Under the pieces are notes generated by a model. That model was not told the origin of the DNA. It saw only the letters and a program-made list of their open reading frames with translations, and did no database searches. From Mobula hypostoma (Eukaryota): a DNA stretch of 64,000 nt. Of the stretch, positions 35,990 through 49,104 are shown piece by piece. Every line of letters begins with the position of its first letter. Position 1 is the stretch's first letter. The translations under genes were made by a program, and so were the position numbers. The stretch lies in NCBI RefSeq assembly GCF_963921235.1, contig NC_086097.1:62932001-62996000 (forward strand), given 5' to 3'.

Positions 35990-36118
35990 TGCCCTGTTGA
36001 AGATCCTCAGCCCAAAACATTGACTTTTTATTAATCTGCATAGATGCTCTCTGACCTGTTGAGTTCCTCTAGTATTTTGTGTGTGTTGTTCCGGATTTCC
36101 AGCATCTGCAGAATCTTT
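35990..36118 (+). mobile_element. Penelope-like pLTR relic
   Basis: CTGTTGAAGATCCTCAGCCCAAAACATTGAC...CCAGCATCTGCAG. Confidence 0.75.
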
Positions 36119-36224
36119 AATGTTTCTTTAAAGTTGTCTTTTTATTCAATGCACTTATTTGGTGGCAACTTTAACCAATGGCCTTGATATCAACTTATGG
36201 GCAACAAACAATACATAATTGTTA

Positions 36225-36395
36225 GGCAACACACACAAAATGCTGGAGGAACTCAGCAGGCCAGGCAATATCTATGAAAAAAGAGTACAGTTGACATTTC
36301 AGGCTGAGAACCTTCATCAGGACTGGAGAAAAAAAGATGAGGAGTCTCATCTTTGGAATATGTTGCTTGGATTTCCAGCATCTGCAGATTTTCTT
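36225..36395 (-). mobile_element. Penelope-like pLTR with near-intact hammerhead and inverted tail
   Basis: Minus strand reads CAGTC CTGATGA AGG TTCTCAG CCT GAAA TGTC AACTG (about 36325-36288). The tail GTTGCTTGGATTTCCAGCATCTGCAG is on the plus strand at 36362-36387. Confidence 0.8.
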
Positions 36396-38225
36396 TTGAT
36401 TGCAATTAGAATACATAATTATTAGTTTTACAATGGGCTAGGACTTTTTATTAGTCTGGATTATTTGAAATAATATCCATCTATCTTTCATACTGCTGCC
36501 GCAATCCCTAGGGGTGCAGCCACTCTGCATATTGCCTCTCTTCTAATCAGAGAGCTGCCGACCAGGAGCACTTTCATTCTAGTCACTTGCTCATGCATGT
36601 TAATGAGTGGTAACCCAGAAACTCTAATAGATCCCTGTCAACCTCTGTACCTGGCCATCATTCTCTCCTCATCCATCTTGCTCAGGTACAAAAATAATGG
36701 AGTTAATTCTGATTCATGATGAATTTTAAATGACAGGACTGGAACCTGCTAAGAATATCAACAGTCCCACATCAAACTGAAAGTATTTCTCAGCTTGCTT
36801 GTCCTCCAAATCAGGATTCCCTGGTAAAAGTAGAAGTCCCAAATTATTGGCTACTCTGTGACGGTGTGTCCAGAATTGCAGACTGAAATTGAATTTCTCT
36901 TGCATTACTGGAGATAGAGAGTGAACTTGCTGAATTGCTCCAATAACCACCTGAAGAAATCTACCATGCTCTAGAATATCAGAAAAATGAAGAATGACAT
37001 AAAGTCATTGTTTATCTGTTGAGTTTGCTTAAATATATTTATATGTGTAAGTGTTTTCTTTAATTTTCTTTTTTTTTTGCTTTTGCTATTTTATAATATT
37101 GTTTCCTTGTTTTTAATAGAATTTGAATTACTTCAAAAGTTTCATATTGTTAGGGACATTCAGGAACATACATGTTTCCGTGAAACTGCAAGAGTAGTTG
37201 TTTGGCAGTGAGATTTTCCAGTTATTAATTTGTTGACTCCCTCAACATATGCCTGGGTTTATTTGGGCGATTATTACCACATGCAAGGCCTTGTCATTGT
37301 ACAAGTTCCAATATCGTCAGCACCAGCAAGTAGGTAAGAAGTACATCCCTACCACTTGCTCAAAAGCAATAAATGTTGATCCGGGTTCCAAAATTATATA
37401 GTTTTTTTTAAAACAGTCTTCAATTTCAAGAGTTTGCAACTAGCAACAAGTTATGGCCCACAAAATGAACAAATTCAAGAGATCTTAATGTCCATACGTT
37501 ACTCCTTGGAGTTTGAGTCACAATCATTGTATGATACATACAGCACAGTCGCAGCTCTTTCATCCTATCTTGTCTGTGAAAACTTTTGATTACAGTATCT
37601 GGTTACTTACATAGCTTGCATGTTTATTTATACTAAGAAGCAATTTAACAAACAATATTTTATAAAATTACAATCATAGTAAGACAATCAAGTATATGTG
37701 CAAGAATTTGGTGTGCTTGGATATCCCAGCACCCACGACAACCAGTCAATACTCAAGTTCCTTTGTTTGCTGCAGATTCCAGCCCTTTAGCTTTGAAGAT
37801 AAAATTATGAATCAAGATTAACAACAATTTTAATTCTGTATTGAATGGCTATTAAATTCAGGACTTATGCATTCACAACAGGAGTTCTGAATTTGATGTC
37901 AACTATGTTGCGAATTGCTGTCAGTTTGATGTGGAGCTGATACATTTCTATCAGTATCCAGCTTTGAAGACGAGCAAGTTGCCAGACACCAAACTCTAGG
38001 ATGCTTCCAGAACTCATACAGTGATTATTTTACTCTCAGTACAATTACACGGGACCTGTTTCATCCAGTCCCAAAGTTACACATCACTGTTGAGCACTCT
38101 CTCAATTAATGCACATTAAATTGTCACTTCCTGAGCAACCGGAAGATGAAAAACATATACATACTCAGAATCCAATTGTAACAAAACATCCCTTTGATTC
38201 AATCAAGCAATGCTGAAGGATGAAT

Positions 38226-39017
38226 AAGATGGCGCCAGCGAACAACGCGGCAAAATACAACGTCCTGCAGACAGTTCACAAAACTACTTCTTTTACTTCT
38301 TTCAAATGTGATTCTGCTAATAATCTGCATGCAATTGGAACCTGTGATTTGAGCCGATTGTGTGAAATGGCACTTTGCATTTCGGTGAGGTTCGGAGCGG
38401 AATGTGCAGCCTGGAGACCATGGTCAATTCCGTTTCTCGCCGAACTCACCAATTAAAGCATCGAGCAAGATTGAAATCAATAAGGACAAAAGTGGAAGGC
38501 AAGCGGGTGTTCAGCACTGTCCACCTGCGTTTGACCAGTCTCTTTCTCTCTCCCTCTCGCTCGCTGCTGCCAGAGAGTGGTGCTAGAGTCTTGGGGCTTG
38601 GGCAAGGTTTTAATTGATGTGGTTTGTGAGTTGGACTCTGCATTTCATGTTATACATGTTTCCGGTTTCTGGTCATGCCTTTTTGTTATTGCTATTCTGT
38701 GCGATTTTGATCAGGGCGGACTGACTCTGCAGCCTATCATCGGCAAATGACACAGCACTAAATTGAACTGAACTGAACTGAACTAAACTTTACTAAACTG
38801 TTTCAATGACTCTGTGGTTTCATGTTTTATATTCTGTGCATTTTTTGCACTTTTTTACCACTTGCGTGATTTGTTCTCTTTTGTTTTTGCATGTTGGGTG
38901 TTTGATATTTTCTTTAAATGAGTTCTATGATGTTTTTTTGTTTTGTGACTGCCTGTGGGAATATGAATCTCAGGGTTGTATAAACATACACACTTTGATA
39001 ATAATTATACTTTGAAC
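38226..39017 (+). mobile_element. Non-autonomous L2/Rex-type retroelement
   Basis: 5' AAGATGGCGCC motif, CpG-rich body and (ACTGA)n at about 38765-38790. The 3' end ATGAATCTCAGGGTTGTATA...ACTTTGAAC is similar to the 22370-22438 tail. Confidence 0.6.
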
Positions 39018-39359
39018 CATAATTATTAAACATCTCAAATTTCAAGGTTCAATGTAAATATTAAAGTCTACCAATGTTACTATATATTACCTTGAGATTC
39101 ACTTTCTTGCAGGTACTTAAAGAAAAAATATAATAGAATTTTAAAAAATATATACATAAATAAAGACTGACAAACAAGAAACGTGCAAAAGTGGGTTGGA
39201 GCTGACTGTTTAATTCTTAGATTATATTGCTTAATTGTTAATTTCTTTGTAGGTTAACAATTAATTGTGTGCTTGCATTTTATTTAATTACTTATAAACA
39301 GATAACTGCTTTCTATGCTTTCTGGTGACCGTAGTGTGCATATGGAAGTTCTGTGTGCC

Positions 39360-40045
39360 TGTATAAAGTACATATTGTTCCCTGAACTTAGACCATTTTG
39401 TATTACTTGACGGGAGCTTTGTTGAATTGTAATATTTTTCTGATTGTCAATAAAAAAAAATCCAGAGTTATTACCCCATTTAGGACAGTGCAGAGTGTAA
39501 TTGCATGAACCATGTCTACTAGAATAGTACCTTCTAAACTCAAGCAAAAGTAACTTTTATAGTGAACACATGAAAAGATTTAATGACTTTGTCATGAAAG
39601 TTAAATGTGGATATGTATATCCCAGGATTAGACATGAATAGGGCCTGATATGATATGATTCCCCAAATCATGCAGATTATATTTACATAAATTAACCAGT
39701 TTAGGATTGTATGTGGGAGGCATGATCATTGTATATTTATGTCTCCTTGAGAATAGTGCATCATTGGCATAATGTCACCATTGCTGGAATGGTTAATAAA
39801 TCGGTGCATCTTTGTTCTGGATCTGCAGGAATGTCTAGCATTCATGAATATTTTGAAGTGTGAGGCATATATTGACATATCCAACAGCTAGAAGCATTAA
39901 CAGCATCAGCAAATTCCTGTGATACCTGCAAGTGTACATTATGAGTTAATTCAGGTGGTACACTGCGAGTAGGGAAAATTGAAAAAATATAGCAACTAAT
40001 AATATTAGAATAAACTTCATAATGTCCAGTTGTCGACTTGTTTGA
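39360..40045 (-). pseudogene. env: Env SU remnant
   Basis: NASSCWICQYMPH (CWIC/CXXC motif at 39886-39875) after a signal-like segment. Ends GLSSGNNMYFI, similar to the SU C-terminal NGTYFICG motif. Confidence 0.75.
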
Positions 40046-40149
40046 TGTCTTCTGGTTGGTTAGTGATATACTCACCGTAGCCCAGCAGTGTAGGTTAAGA
40101 GGTTACTTGCACATTAGCCACAGCACTCATTGTCCTCATTGGATCCACT

Positions 40150-40635
40150 TTAGCTCACTTGCAGTGGCTGGTCTGTATCCACTTACTTCTACCTTCTGCT
40201 TCCACCACTGAGTTGGTAAGTAACAGCACTTGGTAAGCCCTTCCCGTCAAGCTACCAGTGGTTCCTTATGAAGTTTCTTAATCAGGGTCCACTCACCAAG
40301 AATCAGTCCAAGCAGCAGAAATCTGTTGAGAAGCAGACTGCACAGCTTGAATTAATTTCACACAATAGTTAACTCAACTGTCTGCCATAATGTGTATATC
40401 AGCCTTTCTGAGGTTGAGGGCTCCCGGCAGTGACAGGGGACACCCTGTTACCACCTTGAATGCACTTAGTTCAGTTTTCTTGTTTGGGTTTGCTCTGATG
40501 CTATATAAGACATAGGCCATGGTACATCTTCCTCATGATACATTGTCTGTCATTGTTTGACAGTTCAGTTCATTTGTTCCAGTCACCCCGATGACCCTGA
40601 GAGATGGGGACAATGAAAAGTCAATGCTTAGCAGT
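40150..40635 (-). pseudogene. pol: Retroviral integrase core end and C-terminal domain (decayed pol)
   Basis: SSG*LEQMN*TVKQ; LYSIRANPNKKTELSAFKVVTGCPLSLPG; LGEWTLIKKLHKEPLVA*REG.YQVLLLTNSVVEAEGRSKWIQTSHCK. Confidence 0.85.
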
Positions 40636-40639
40636 TAAC

Positions 40640-41150
40640 ACAATTATTTACGGCATGTTTTCCTGCCATGTGACATACACACGTCTTACCTTTACCTCCC
40701 GACTCTAGAAGTAAATGGGGCATTTCAGAAGGAAATCATTTTTGCATCAATTTTATCCCCATTTAATGGTATTTCAAGGACTATAAAAGAGATTAAATAT
40801 GTTCTTGCAGCCTTAGAAGGAGTAAGCTGATACCTTCAGAAAAGTAACAATGCAAATGGTTGCCACGCGAAATATGGCTCTTCAAGATCATATGGCATTA
40901 GATCTTCTCTTAGTAGTTAAGGTGGCAGCATAGGCAAGGAGTGTTGTCCTTACATACCTGACAAGTCTGAAGACATAACTTATTTGGCTGATCGTATCCC
41001 CAAGGAAGCATATACATTAATCTGATGGATGGGATTTATTTGGTTGGATTCATTTAAGTTTTGGAAGCTGGAGTTACTCAATATTAAGAGTCATGTTAAT
41101 CTTACTAATATGGCTTATCACAATTTGCATCTTATTTTACTTCTTTAAAA
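40640..41150 (+). pseudogene. env: Env SU end and TM remnant
   Basis: RSKW at 40707-40718 (likely RSKR furin site after CGG to TGG). Immunosuppressive domain MALQDHMALDLLL at about 40874-40912. IGKECCPYIPDKSEDI (remnant of CX6CC). Confidence 0.88.
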
Positions 41151-41829
41151 GCAATCAGTAATAGAATAGTTCAAACTCACGTAAGTGTGCTGACTAATCT
41201 GCCTAACCATGGCATATTCCTATGAATATTCTGAGAAGTATATATCCTTTGATATTTCCTAACTTAGGTCATTTTTTATCATAGATACCACAAGTTTTTC
41301 TGACTCTGAATTTTCAGGTGGAATTATTCTAAATGTGTCATTTAGAATCAAAGGGGGGATTGTTGGATCCAACTTGAATTCTTAGACTGTTTAATGGTTA
41401 TTTACTTTGCAGTTTCTGCTTCTATTTAATATAATTACTTATATACAAAAAACTGCTTACTATACTTCCTAGTGGTCATAGTATGTATGTATATGCAAGT
41501 TCGGTGTGTCCCCAGTAATATTTGTAGCTTATATTTGTAGGATTCTGGAATCTTCCCTCAGTACTGCAGTATTTGAAAAAGAGCTTTCTCATTAGTTACA
41601 AATTTGAATGTAATTTCCCTTATCTATGAAGTGTAAAAAGATCTGCATCATGAGTTAGCTCCATCTTAGTCCCTTTGTCTTCGATCTTTTGACTATCCCT
41701 CTCTTCAACTAAAAGATCTCTATCACTGTCCAGATTCATCTCCCTCTTTGTTCTATTAACGTTTAATAAGACGATCATGAAGCAATAAATTTTGTGCCTC
41801 TTTCCTAACTTCAGAAAGAACCTTGGATT

Positions 41830-42012
41830 AAAGCATTGGAATCCAGCACATGTGACGGACTGGCCTGTACTCACCACTTTCTGTAGTCGTGTCTATTCCT
41901 GGCCACTGGAGTTTCCATACCAGGCCATGGTGCCACCATCTGGGAATCTCTCTACTGTGCATTTATAGAAGATTGTCAAGGCTTCTGATGACATGCTGAA
42001 TCCACCTCAGAA
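41830..42012 (-). mobile_element. Rex1/Babar-type LINE fragment
   Basis: Reverse complement of the FYKCTVERF...MAWYGN region. May be the continuation of the 39040-39190 tail fragment split by the ERV. Confidence 0.6.
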
Positions 42013-43027
42013 TGTCATCTGTACTCCATAGCATATTAACATGATAATAGTTTTCATTTTTCTTCGGTAACTAACTGTGCTGAAATTATCTTTCAGCCCT
42101 CCCTGCACTCCTGTAGAGGTTAATTGTTTTATGGCTAGAAAAAGTTGAAGTTCCTTTATAATAATGCACAAGGGCAATCTATATTTTTTCTATCTGTAGA
42201 TATTCTGCGTCTATGTGCCTGGATATAAAAGTCTGATTAAGGCTTTGTTAAATATCTCCAACTGTATTGTTCTTCTTGCTTGTCTTTGTGCTGAGCCAGG
42301 CTTTTCATTGCCTTGACATTACAACAAAGAATGCTGTAATACTGTGATTTCCTATGTTATTATTGTAACCAAGTCTGCTAGCTCAATTTAAAAAAAAATT
42401 TGACTCGTTTAATATGGAAGGGGTGTTTGTTCAGCTCCAAAAGGTTTTATAAGGACTGTGTCAATGTCCTGGGAGCCATAAAATATTTTATAACTCTTCA
42501 CTTGCTCCTTACCATCTGCCACCAAGCGAAGTATTTCTCAACTAAAAATCCCTTTCCAGTATCACTCTTTATATATCTTGTAATAATTTTTAGTTGAGTC
42601 TTTTACATGAATTACCAATTTATATATGACAGAGAAATCCAATGTTGGAAAAATGCCTTGTTCAATATTTGAAAGGGATTATTCTCTGCATGATACGTAG
42701 GTCTGGGTGAGATTCACAACCAACATCTTATTACAGTCTGACATCATAGAAAAAGGAAAATCTACCATTTTATCTTCTCCTTTCCTTTTCCTCAATGTAA
42801 ATCAAGATATTAGCCATAACTTATTCAATTTAGTATACTGCATTAGCTGCTCACAAATTGTCAAATTGTCCTCCTGTGCAGTGGGGAGATGAGGCATTGA
42901 TTTCTGAGGTTGATTTTTCAATTTCCTCACAGTTATCTGTTAATTTTCTCATCTACATCCACCCTGATATTGGCATCCTCATGTTTTTAACTGCTCTAAT
43001 TTTATTATTTAGGAAAATGAATGTTTT

Positions 43028-43032
<5 letters not shown>

Positions 43033-43090
<58 letters not shown>

Positions 43091-43100
43091 GAGAGAGAGA
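43033..43100. repeat. (GA)n microsatellite, about 33 units with one interruption
   Basis: Direct read. Confidence 0.97.
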
Positions 43101-44799
43101 AGTCATACAAAAGAAGAGAAACAGTAAAGAATGCAGAGTGGCAAGAAATGCTATCAGGTCAAGCAGTGTTATTGACAGGAGAACAATAACTTTACACATT
43201 GCTATTTACAGATACATGAGCTACAGCAAAATAGTTTACTTTCCTTCAAAGTTCAACTAAAGAACTTTCCTTCAAAGTTCAACTAACTCTGCTTCCCATT
43301 CCACAGATGCTGCCTGATTTGCTGAACGTTTCCTGCATTTTTTGATTTTATTCCAGACTCCCAGCATCAGCAGATATTTGGATTTTCATTGAAAAATCCT
43401 TATTCTTTCAGAGCTGTCAGAACTTTGTTTTCTATCAAGAGCTTGCAGAAATGCTTCAAGGCAGGATTTCTCCACTGGAATTTTGGAGGCCCAATTGCTG
43501 CTTTGACTACACAGTTCTTGTATGGGCATCTTCACCCCCAACAAATTTCAACTAAAGAAGACAAATTTTGAAGTTGTATTCTGCATACATACTTTCACGA
43601 TAAAAGTAACCCTTGAACATTTGAACAAATGTGGTTCTGTGCATTTAAACTGACCAATAAGATTCAGCACAATAACTATCTCTCTCTGTCAGTGTGGTTC
43701 CAGCAATAACTGTTCTTTTTTATTTGGCTGAATGGAGTATTTTGCGTTTAGAAAGATTTTCCAACTGGCCTCAACACTTAATAGGCACCCATTTTGAGAT
43801 GCCTTTCATACCTTTCTACATCAGAAACGAGGATACAATCCTGCTATTTCTGGATTGTGTCCGAGCTACCAAGTAAATAAATTCCTGTGGAGATTTAAAC
43901 ATTCTACTGTAATTTTGACCCTTAATGCTTAATGAACCACTCACTTCATTCACACAACATCTCTGACAACACAACCCGAACTACAACAGGCTTGCTTTTA
44001 AAGGTTGAAAACATACCCACGTCAACTTTAAATTTCCTGTTATTGTTAGGTGGAGAACAATCTCGAGAACTATTTTAAATCAAGTTCTATTTTTTTTCAA
44101 AAATATTACCAGATTCCAAATAGAAAGTAGACCTAGAACGCTCAAAATCAATTGTTTAGGTAAAAATTAAAATAAATTATTAACAAATGCATCAATTTAA
44201 AAGCAAAATTGGTGAATTGTTTAAATAGATGTGACTCGAACCATTTTTAAGAGTATATTTTTTAATTGGTCAAATTTTATTTTGAGTGCTTAAGCTATAA
44301 TAAGATAATAAAACCAAGTACTTTTACTGAAATATATTCATGCAAATAAAACTCAGTGGAGTAGAAGCTGAAAAAATTAACACTTTTACCTAACTGAATT
44401 TTACCTATAGAGACACTGAAGACTGTAGGTGTCATAATCTGGAGCAAAAAAATGAACTGCATGGAAATCAGGGTGTTGAGCACCATCTGCGAAGGCAAAA
44501 GGATAGTTAAAATTTTGGTTCTGATGAGGGTCCTCTTGAATCCAGATGCAGCGTCTCAACCCAAAACATTAACAATTCCACAGATACTTCTCAACTCACT
44601 GAATTCTTTCAGGAGCTAATTTTACCCTGGAAGAAAGATAGATGTCAAAACCAAGTTTAGCAATTGTGATTAAACACTAACTACTTGCAGAAAAAGGGCT
44701 TTATGTACAAACTTACAATTTATGTTTAAATTCTCAAACACCTTGAGTGCGAGTAGAAAACAATTGCACATAATACCTGGTGATCCATTTATCCTGGGG

Positions 44800-45530
44800 G
44801 AGCCTTCCACGTGAGGCAACACTTCACTTGTGAGTCTCTTGAGGTCAGTTATTGCATCTGGTGCTCCCAGTGCAGTCTCCTCTATATTGGTGAGACCCGA
44901 CGCAGATTGGGAGACCACTTCGTCGAGCACCTCCGCTCCGTCCACCACAACAGACAGGATCTCCCGGTTGCCACCCACTTCAACTCTGCTTCACATTCCC
45001 ATTCGGATATGTCCATACATGGCCTCCTCTACTGCCACGATGAGGCCAAACTCAGGTTGGAGAAGCAACACCTCATATACCGTTTGGGTAGTCTCCAGCC
45101 CCTTGGCATGAACATAGAATTCTCCAATTTTCGGTAATTCCCTCTCCCTCCCTTCCCCCATCACAGTTTCACTCTGCCCCCTCCCCCAGCTGCCAATCAC
45201 CTCTCTCATGGTTCCGCCTCCTTCTACTACCCATTGTGCTTTCCCCTATTCCTTCTTCAACTTGCCTGCCTATCACCTCCCTGCTTCCCCTCCCTCACCC
45301 CTTGATCATTCCCCTTACTGGTTTTTCTCCTGGCACCTATCAGCCTTCTCTTTCTCACTCTCCCCCCCCACCTTCTTTATAGGGCCCTGCCCCCTCCCTC
45401 TTCAATTCTGACGAAAGGTCTCGGCCCGAATCGTTAACTGTTCATTTCCTCGGACGCTGCCCGAGCTGCTGAGTTCCTCCAGCGTTTTGTACGTGCTGCT
45501 TTGACCCCAACATCTGCAAACTATTTTGTG
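44800..45530 (+). mobile_element. Penelope-like element 3' fragment (GIY-YIG and pLTR), distinct subfamily
   Basis: ORF 44811-45137 HFTCES...YCIWCSQCSLLYIGETRRRLGDHFVEH...GMNIEFSNFR. Hammerhead remnant CTGACGAAAGGTCTCGGCCCGAATCGTT at about 45408-45435. Confidence 0.92.
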
Positions 45531-46102
45531 TTAACCTGATGGAATAACTTGTGAGTTGCCTGTTTTCATTGTGTGCTCATTAGCCAAGACCTGACATCAA
45601 AGGCTTTGGCCAGGCGAGGTGGATGATGCACACTAGGCTATTCTTATTCCTCCCAAAGTTCAGAATATTTTGAAGTCTGCGATCATCAAGAATGATTTGA
45701 TTTATTTCACAAAGTCTGAATTATTAAAAGAAAATGAACCTGTTAATACTAAGAAAGGAGGTCTGCTCTTATCATGTGTGGAGTTTGAAGAGACAGTTCA
45801 CTCATTATTCACTCACATTATTCAAATAAAACATCTGTCAGCCTGTAAGCATGCATTTTCCCACTGAAGTATAATTTTCATTTCTGGTGGATCTGCTGTT
45901 AATAGAAATCTGTCATGCACAGATTAACTGCCACATTTCTCATGCTAGTCCTGCGGTGTTGATAGTTGCTGTGTAAAGAGGAGTTAGCCCTTCTTTGTCA
46001 TTGCATAATTTTATAACTTAACCTGCAAGATTATCAGCCATACACTAAATGGAAGACTCCGTAGAAAATAAGGACCAATATTTAATGGAACCCACCTGCT
46101 CT

Positions 46103-47630
46103 CATAGAAACATAGAAAAATAGAAAATAGGTGCAGGAGTAGGCCATTCAGCCCTTCAAGCCTGCACCACCATTCATTACGATCATGGCTGATCATCCAA
46201 CTCAGAACCCTGTACCTGCCTTCTCTCCATACCCCTTGATCCCTTTAGCCACAAGGGGCTTATCTAACTCCCTCTTAAATATAGCCAATGAACTGGCCTC
46301 AACTGTTTCCTGTGGCAGAGAATTCCACAGATTCACCACTCTCTGTGTGAAGAAGTTTTTCCTCATATGGGTCCTAAAAGGCTTCCCCTTTATCCTCAAA
46401 CTGTGACCCCTCATTCTGGACTTCCCCAACATCGGGAACAATCATCCTGCATCTAGCCTGTCCAATCCCTTTAGAATTTCATATGTTTCAATCAGATCCC
46501 CCCTCAATCTTCTAAATTCCAGAGAGTATAAGCCTAGTCGATCCAGTCTTTCATCATATGAAAGTTCTGCCATCCTAGGAATCAATCTGGTGAACCTTCT
46601 TTATACCCCCTCTATGGCAAAAATGTCTTTCCTCGGATTAGGAGACCAAAACTGCACACAATACTCTAGGTGTGGTCTCACCAAGGCCTTGTACAACTGC
46701 AGTAGTACCTCCCTGCTCCTGTACTTGAATCCTCTTGCTATGAATGCCAGCATACCATTTGCCTTTTTCACCGCCTGCTGTACCTGCATGCCCACTTTCA
46801 ATGACTGGTGTATAATGACACCCAGGTCTCGTTGCACCTCCCCTTTTCCTAATCGGCCACCATTCAGATAACAATCTGTTTTCCTGTCCTTGCCATCAAA
46901 GTGGATAACCTCACATTTATCCACATTAAGTTGCATCTGCCATGAATTTGCCCACTCACCTAACCTATCCAAGTCACCCTGCATCCTCTTAGCATCCTCC
47001 TTACAGCTAACACTGCCGCCCAGCTTCGTGTCATCCGCAAACTTGGAGATGCTGCATTTAATTCCCTCGTCTAAGTCATTAATATATATTGTAAACAACT
47101 GGGGTCCCAGCACTGAGCCTTGTGGTACCCCACTAGTCACTGCCTGCCATTCTGAAAAGGTCCCGTTTATTCCCACTCTTTGCTTCCTGTCTGCTAACCA
47201 ATTCTCTATCCACATCAATACCATTCCCCCAATACCGTGTGCTTTAAGTTTGCACACTAATCTCCTGTGTGGGACCTTGTCAAAAGCCTTTTGAAAATCC
47301 AAATATACCACATCCACTGGTTCTCCCTTACCCACTCTACTAGTTACATCCTCAAAAAATTCTATGAGATTCATCAGACATGATTTTCCTTTCACAAATC
47401 CATGCTGATTTTGTCTGATGATTTCACCGCTTTCCAAATGTACTGTTATCACATCTTTGATAACTGACTCTAGCATTTTCCCCACCAGCGATGTCAGGCT
47501 AACCAGTCTATAATTCCCCGGTTTCTCTCTCCCTCCTTTTTTAAAAAGCGGGGTTACATTAGCCACCCTCCAATCCTCAGGAACTAATCCAGAATCTAAA
47601 GAGTTTTGAAAAATTATCACTAATGCATCC
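46103..47630 (-). mobile_element. Young CR1 LINE, 5'-truncated; RT ORF 46601-47620 (339 aa)
   Basis: DVVYLDFQKAFDKVPH, SGVPQGSVLGPQLFTIYINDL, intact KFADDTK, (TTTCTATG)n tail. Confidence 0.96.
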
Positions 47631-47654
47631 TATGAAGCCTTCTCCTATGAGCCT

Positions 47655-48885
47655 TCTCACAATTCCTCCATCTCCGCCGCATCTGCTCTCAGGATGAGGC
47701 TTTTCATTCCAGGATGAAGGAAATGTCCTACTTTTTAAAAGAAAGGGGCTTCCCTTCCTCCACCATCACTCTGCTCTCAAACGTATCTCTCCCATTTCAC
47801 ACACATCTGCTTTCATCCCATCCTCCCGCCACCCTACTAGGAATAGGGTTCCCCTTGTCCTCACCTACCACCCCACCAGCCTCCGGGTTCAACATATAAT
47901 TCTCCGCAACTTCCGCCACCTCTAACGGGATCCCACCACTAAGCACATCTTTCCCTCCCCTCCTCTTTCGGTTTTCTACAGGGATCGCTCCCTACGTGAC
48001 TCCCTTGTCCATTCGTGCCCCCCCATCCCTTCCCACCGATCTCCCTCCAGGCACTTATCCTTGTTAGCGGAACAAGTGCTACACACGCCCTTACACTTCC
48101 TCCCTCACCACCATTCAGGGCCCTAGACAGTCCTTCCAGGTGAGGCGACTGGAGTGATATACTGTGTCCGGTGCTCCAGATGTGGCCTTCTATATATTGG
48201 CGAGACCTGACGCAGGCTGGGAGACCGTTTCACTGAACACCTACTCTCCGTCCGCCAGAGAAAGCAGGATCTCCCAGTGGCCACACATTTTAATTCCACA
48301 TCCCATTCCCATTCTGACATGTCTATCCATGGTCTCCTCTACTGTCAAGGTGAAACCACACTCAGGTTGGATGAACAACACCTTATATTCCATCTGGGTA
48401 GCCTCCAACCTGATGGCATGAACATTGACTTCTCTAACTTCCGTTAACGCCCCACCTCCCCTTCGTACCCCATCCCTTATTTATTTATTATTATCATCAT
48501 CATCAATTTTTTTTCTCTCTCTCCTTTTTCTCCCTCTGTCCCTTTCACTATACTCCTTGCCCAACCTCTGGGATTCCCCCCTCCCCCTTTCTTTCTCCCT
48601 GGGCCTCCCGTCCCATGATCCTCTCATATCCCTTTTGCCAATCAACTGTCCAGCTCTTGGCTCCATCCCTCCCCCTCCTGCCTTCTCCTATCATTTCGGA
48701 TCTCCCCCTCCCCCTCCCACTTTCAAATCTCTTACAATCTCTTCTTTCAGTTAGTCCTGATGAAGGGTCTCGGCCCAAAACGTCAACTGTACCTCTTCCT
48801 ATAGATGCTGCCTGGCCTGCTGCATTCACCAGCATTTTTTATGTGTGTTGCTTGAAATTCCAGCATCTGCAGATTTCCTCGTGTT
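47655..48885 (+). mobile_element. Penelope-like element 3' portion, same family as 32030-35498
   Basis: Highly similar to the reverse complement of 32030-33230, with frameshifts. Hammerhead CTGATGAAGGGTCTCGGCCCAAAACGTC has GAAA changed to AAAA. Confidence 0.93.
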
Positions 48886-49104
48886 TGTGTTTGATAGATG
48901 TAGTCAGGTTGTCCTTTTAATTAATAATGTAATGTGCTATCAAGCTGAATATTGCTTAGAGGGAGCACTGGCTGTGGCACTAACTAAATATAGCCAAGCT
49001 TTGATGGTATAACTGCCAAAGTGTGATCAAGTTAAGTGATAAGTGGTGACTGAATCATCCGGAAGTGACATACCTAATTCCGCTATTCCTTCAAAGCTTA
49101 TAGA

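Larger units (their letters stand above)
39194..41761 (+). mobile_element. Class I (gamma/epsilon-like) endogenous retrovirus relic with internal deletion and inversion
   Basis: 5' LTR fragment at 39194-39359 aligns with the 3' LTR start at 41361-41512. Integrase and SU motifs are on the minus strand at 39360-40635. TM, PPT (AAAGGGGGGA, 41350-41359) and the TG-starting 3' LTR are on the plus strand. Confidence 0.88.

Noticed and set aside
43005..43260. ORFs with (RE)n or (SL)n tracts
   Set aside because: Translations of the (GA)n microsatellite.
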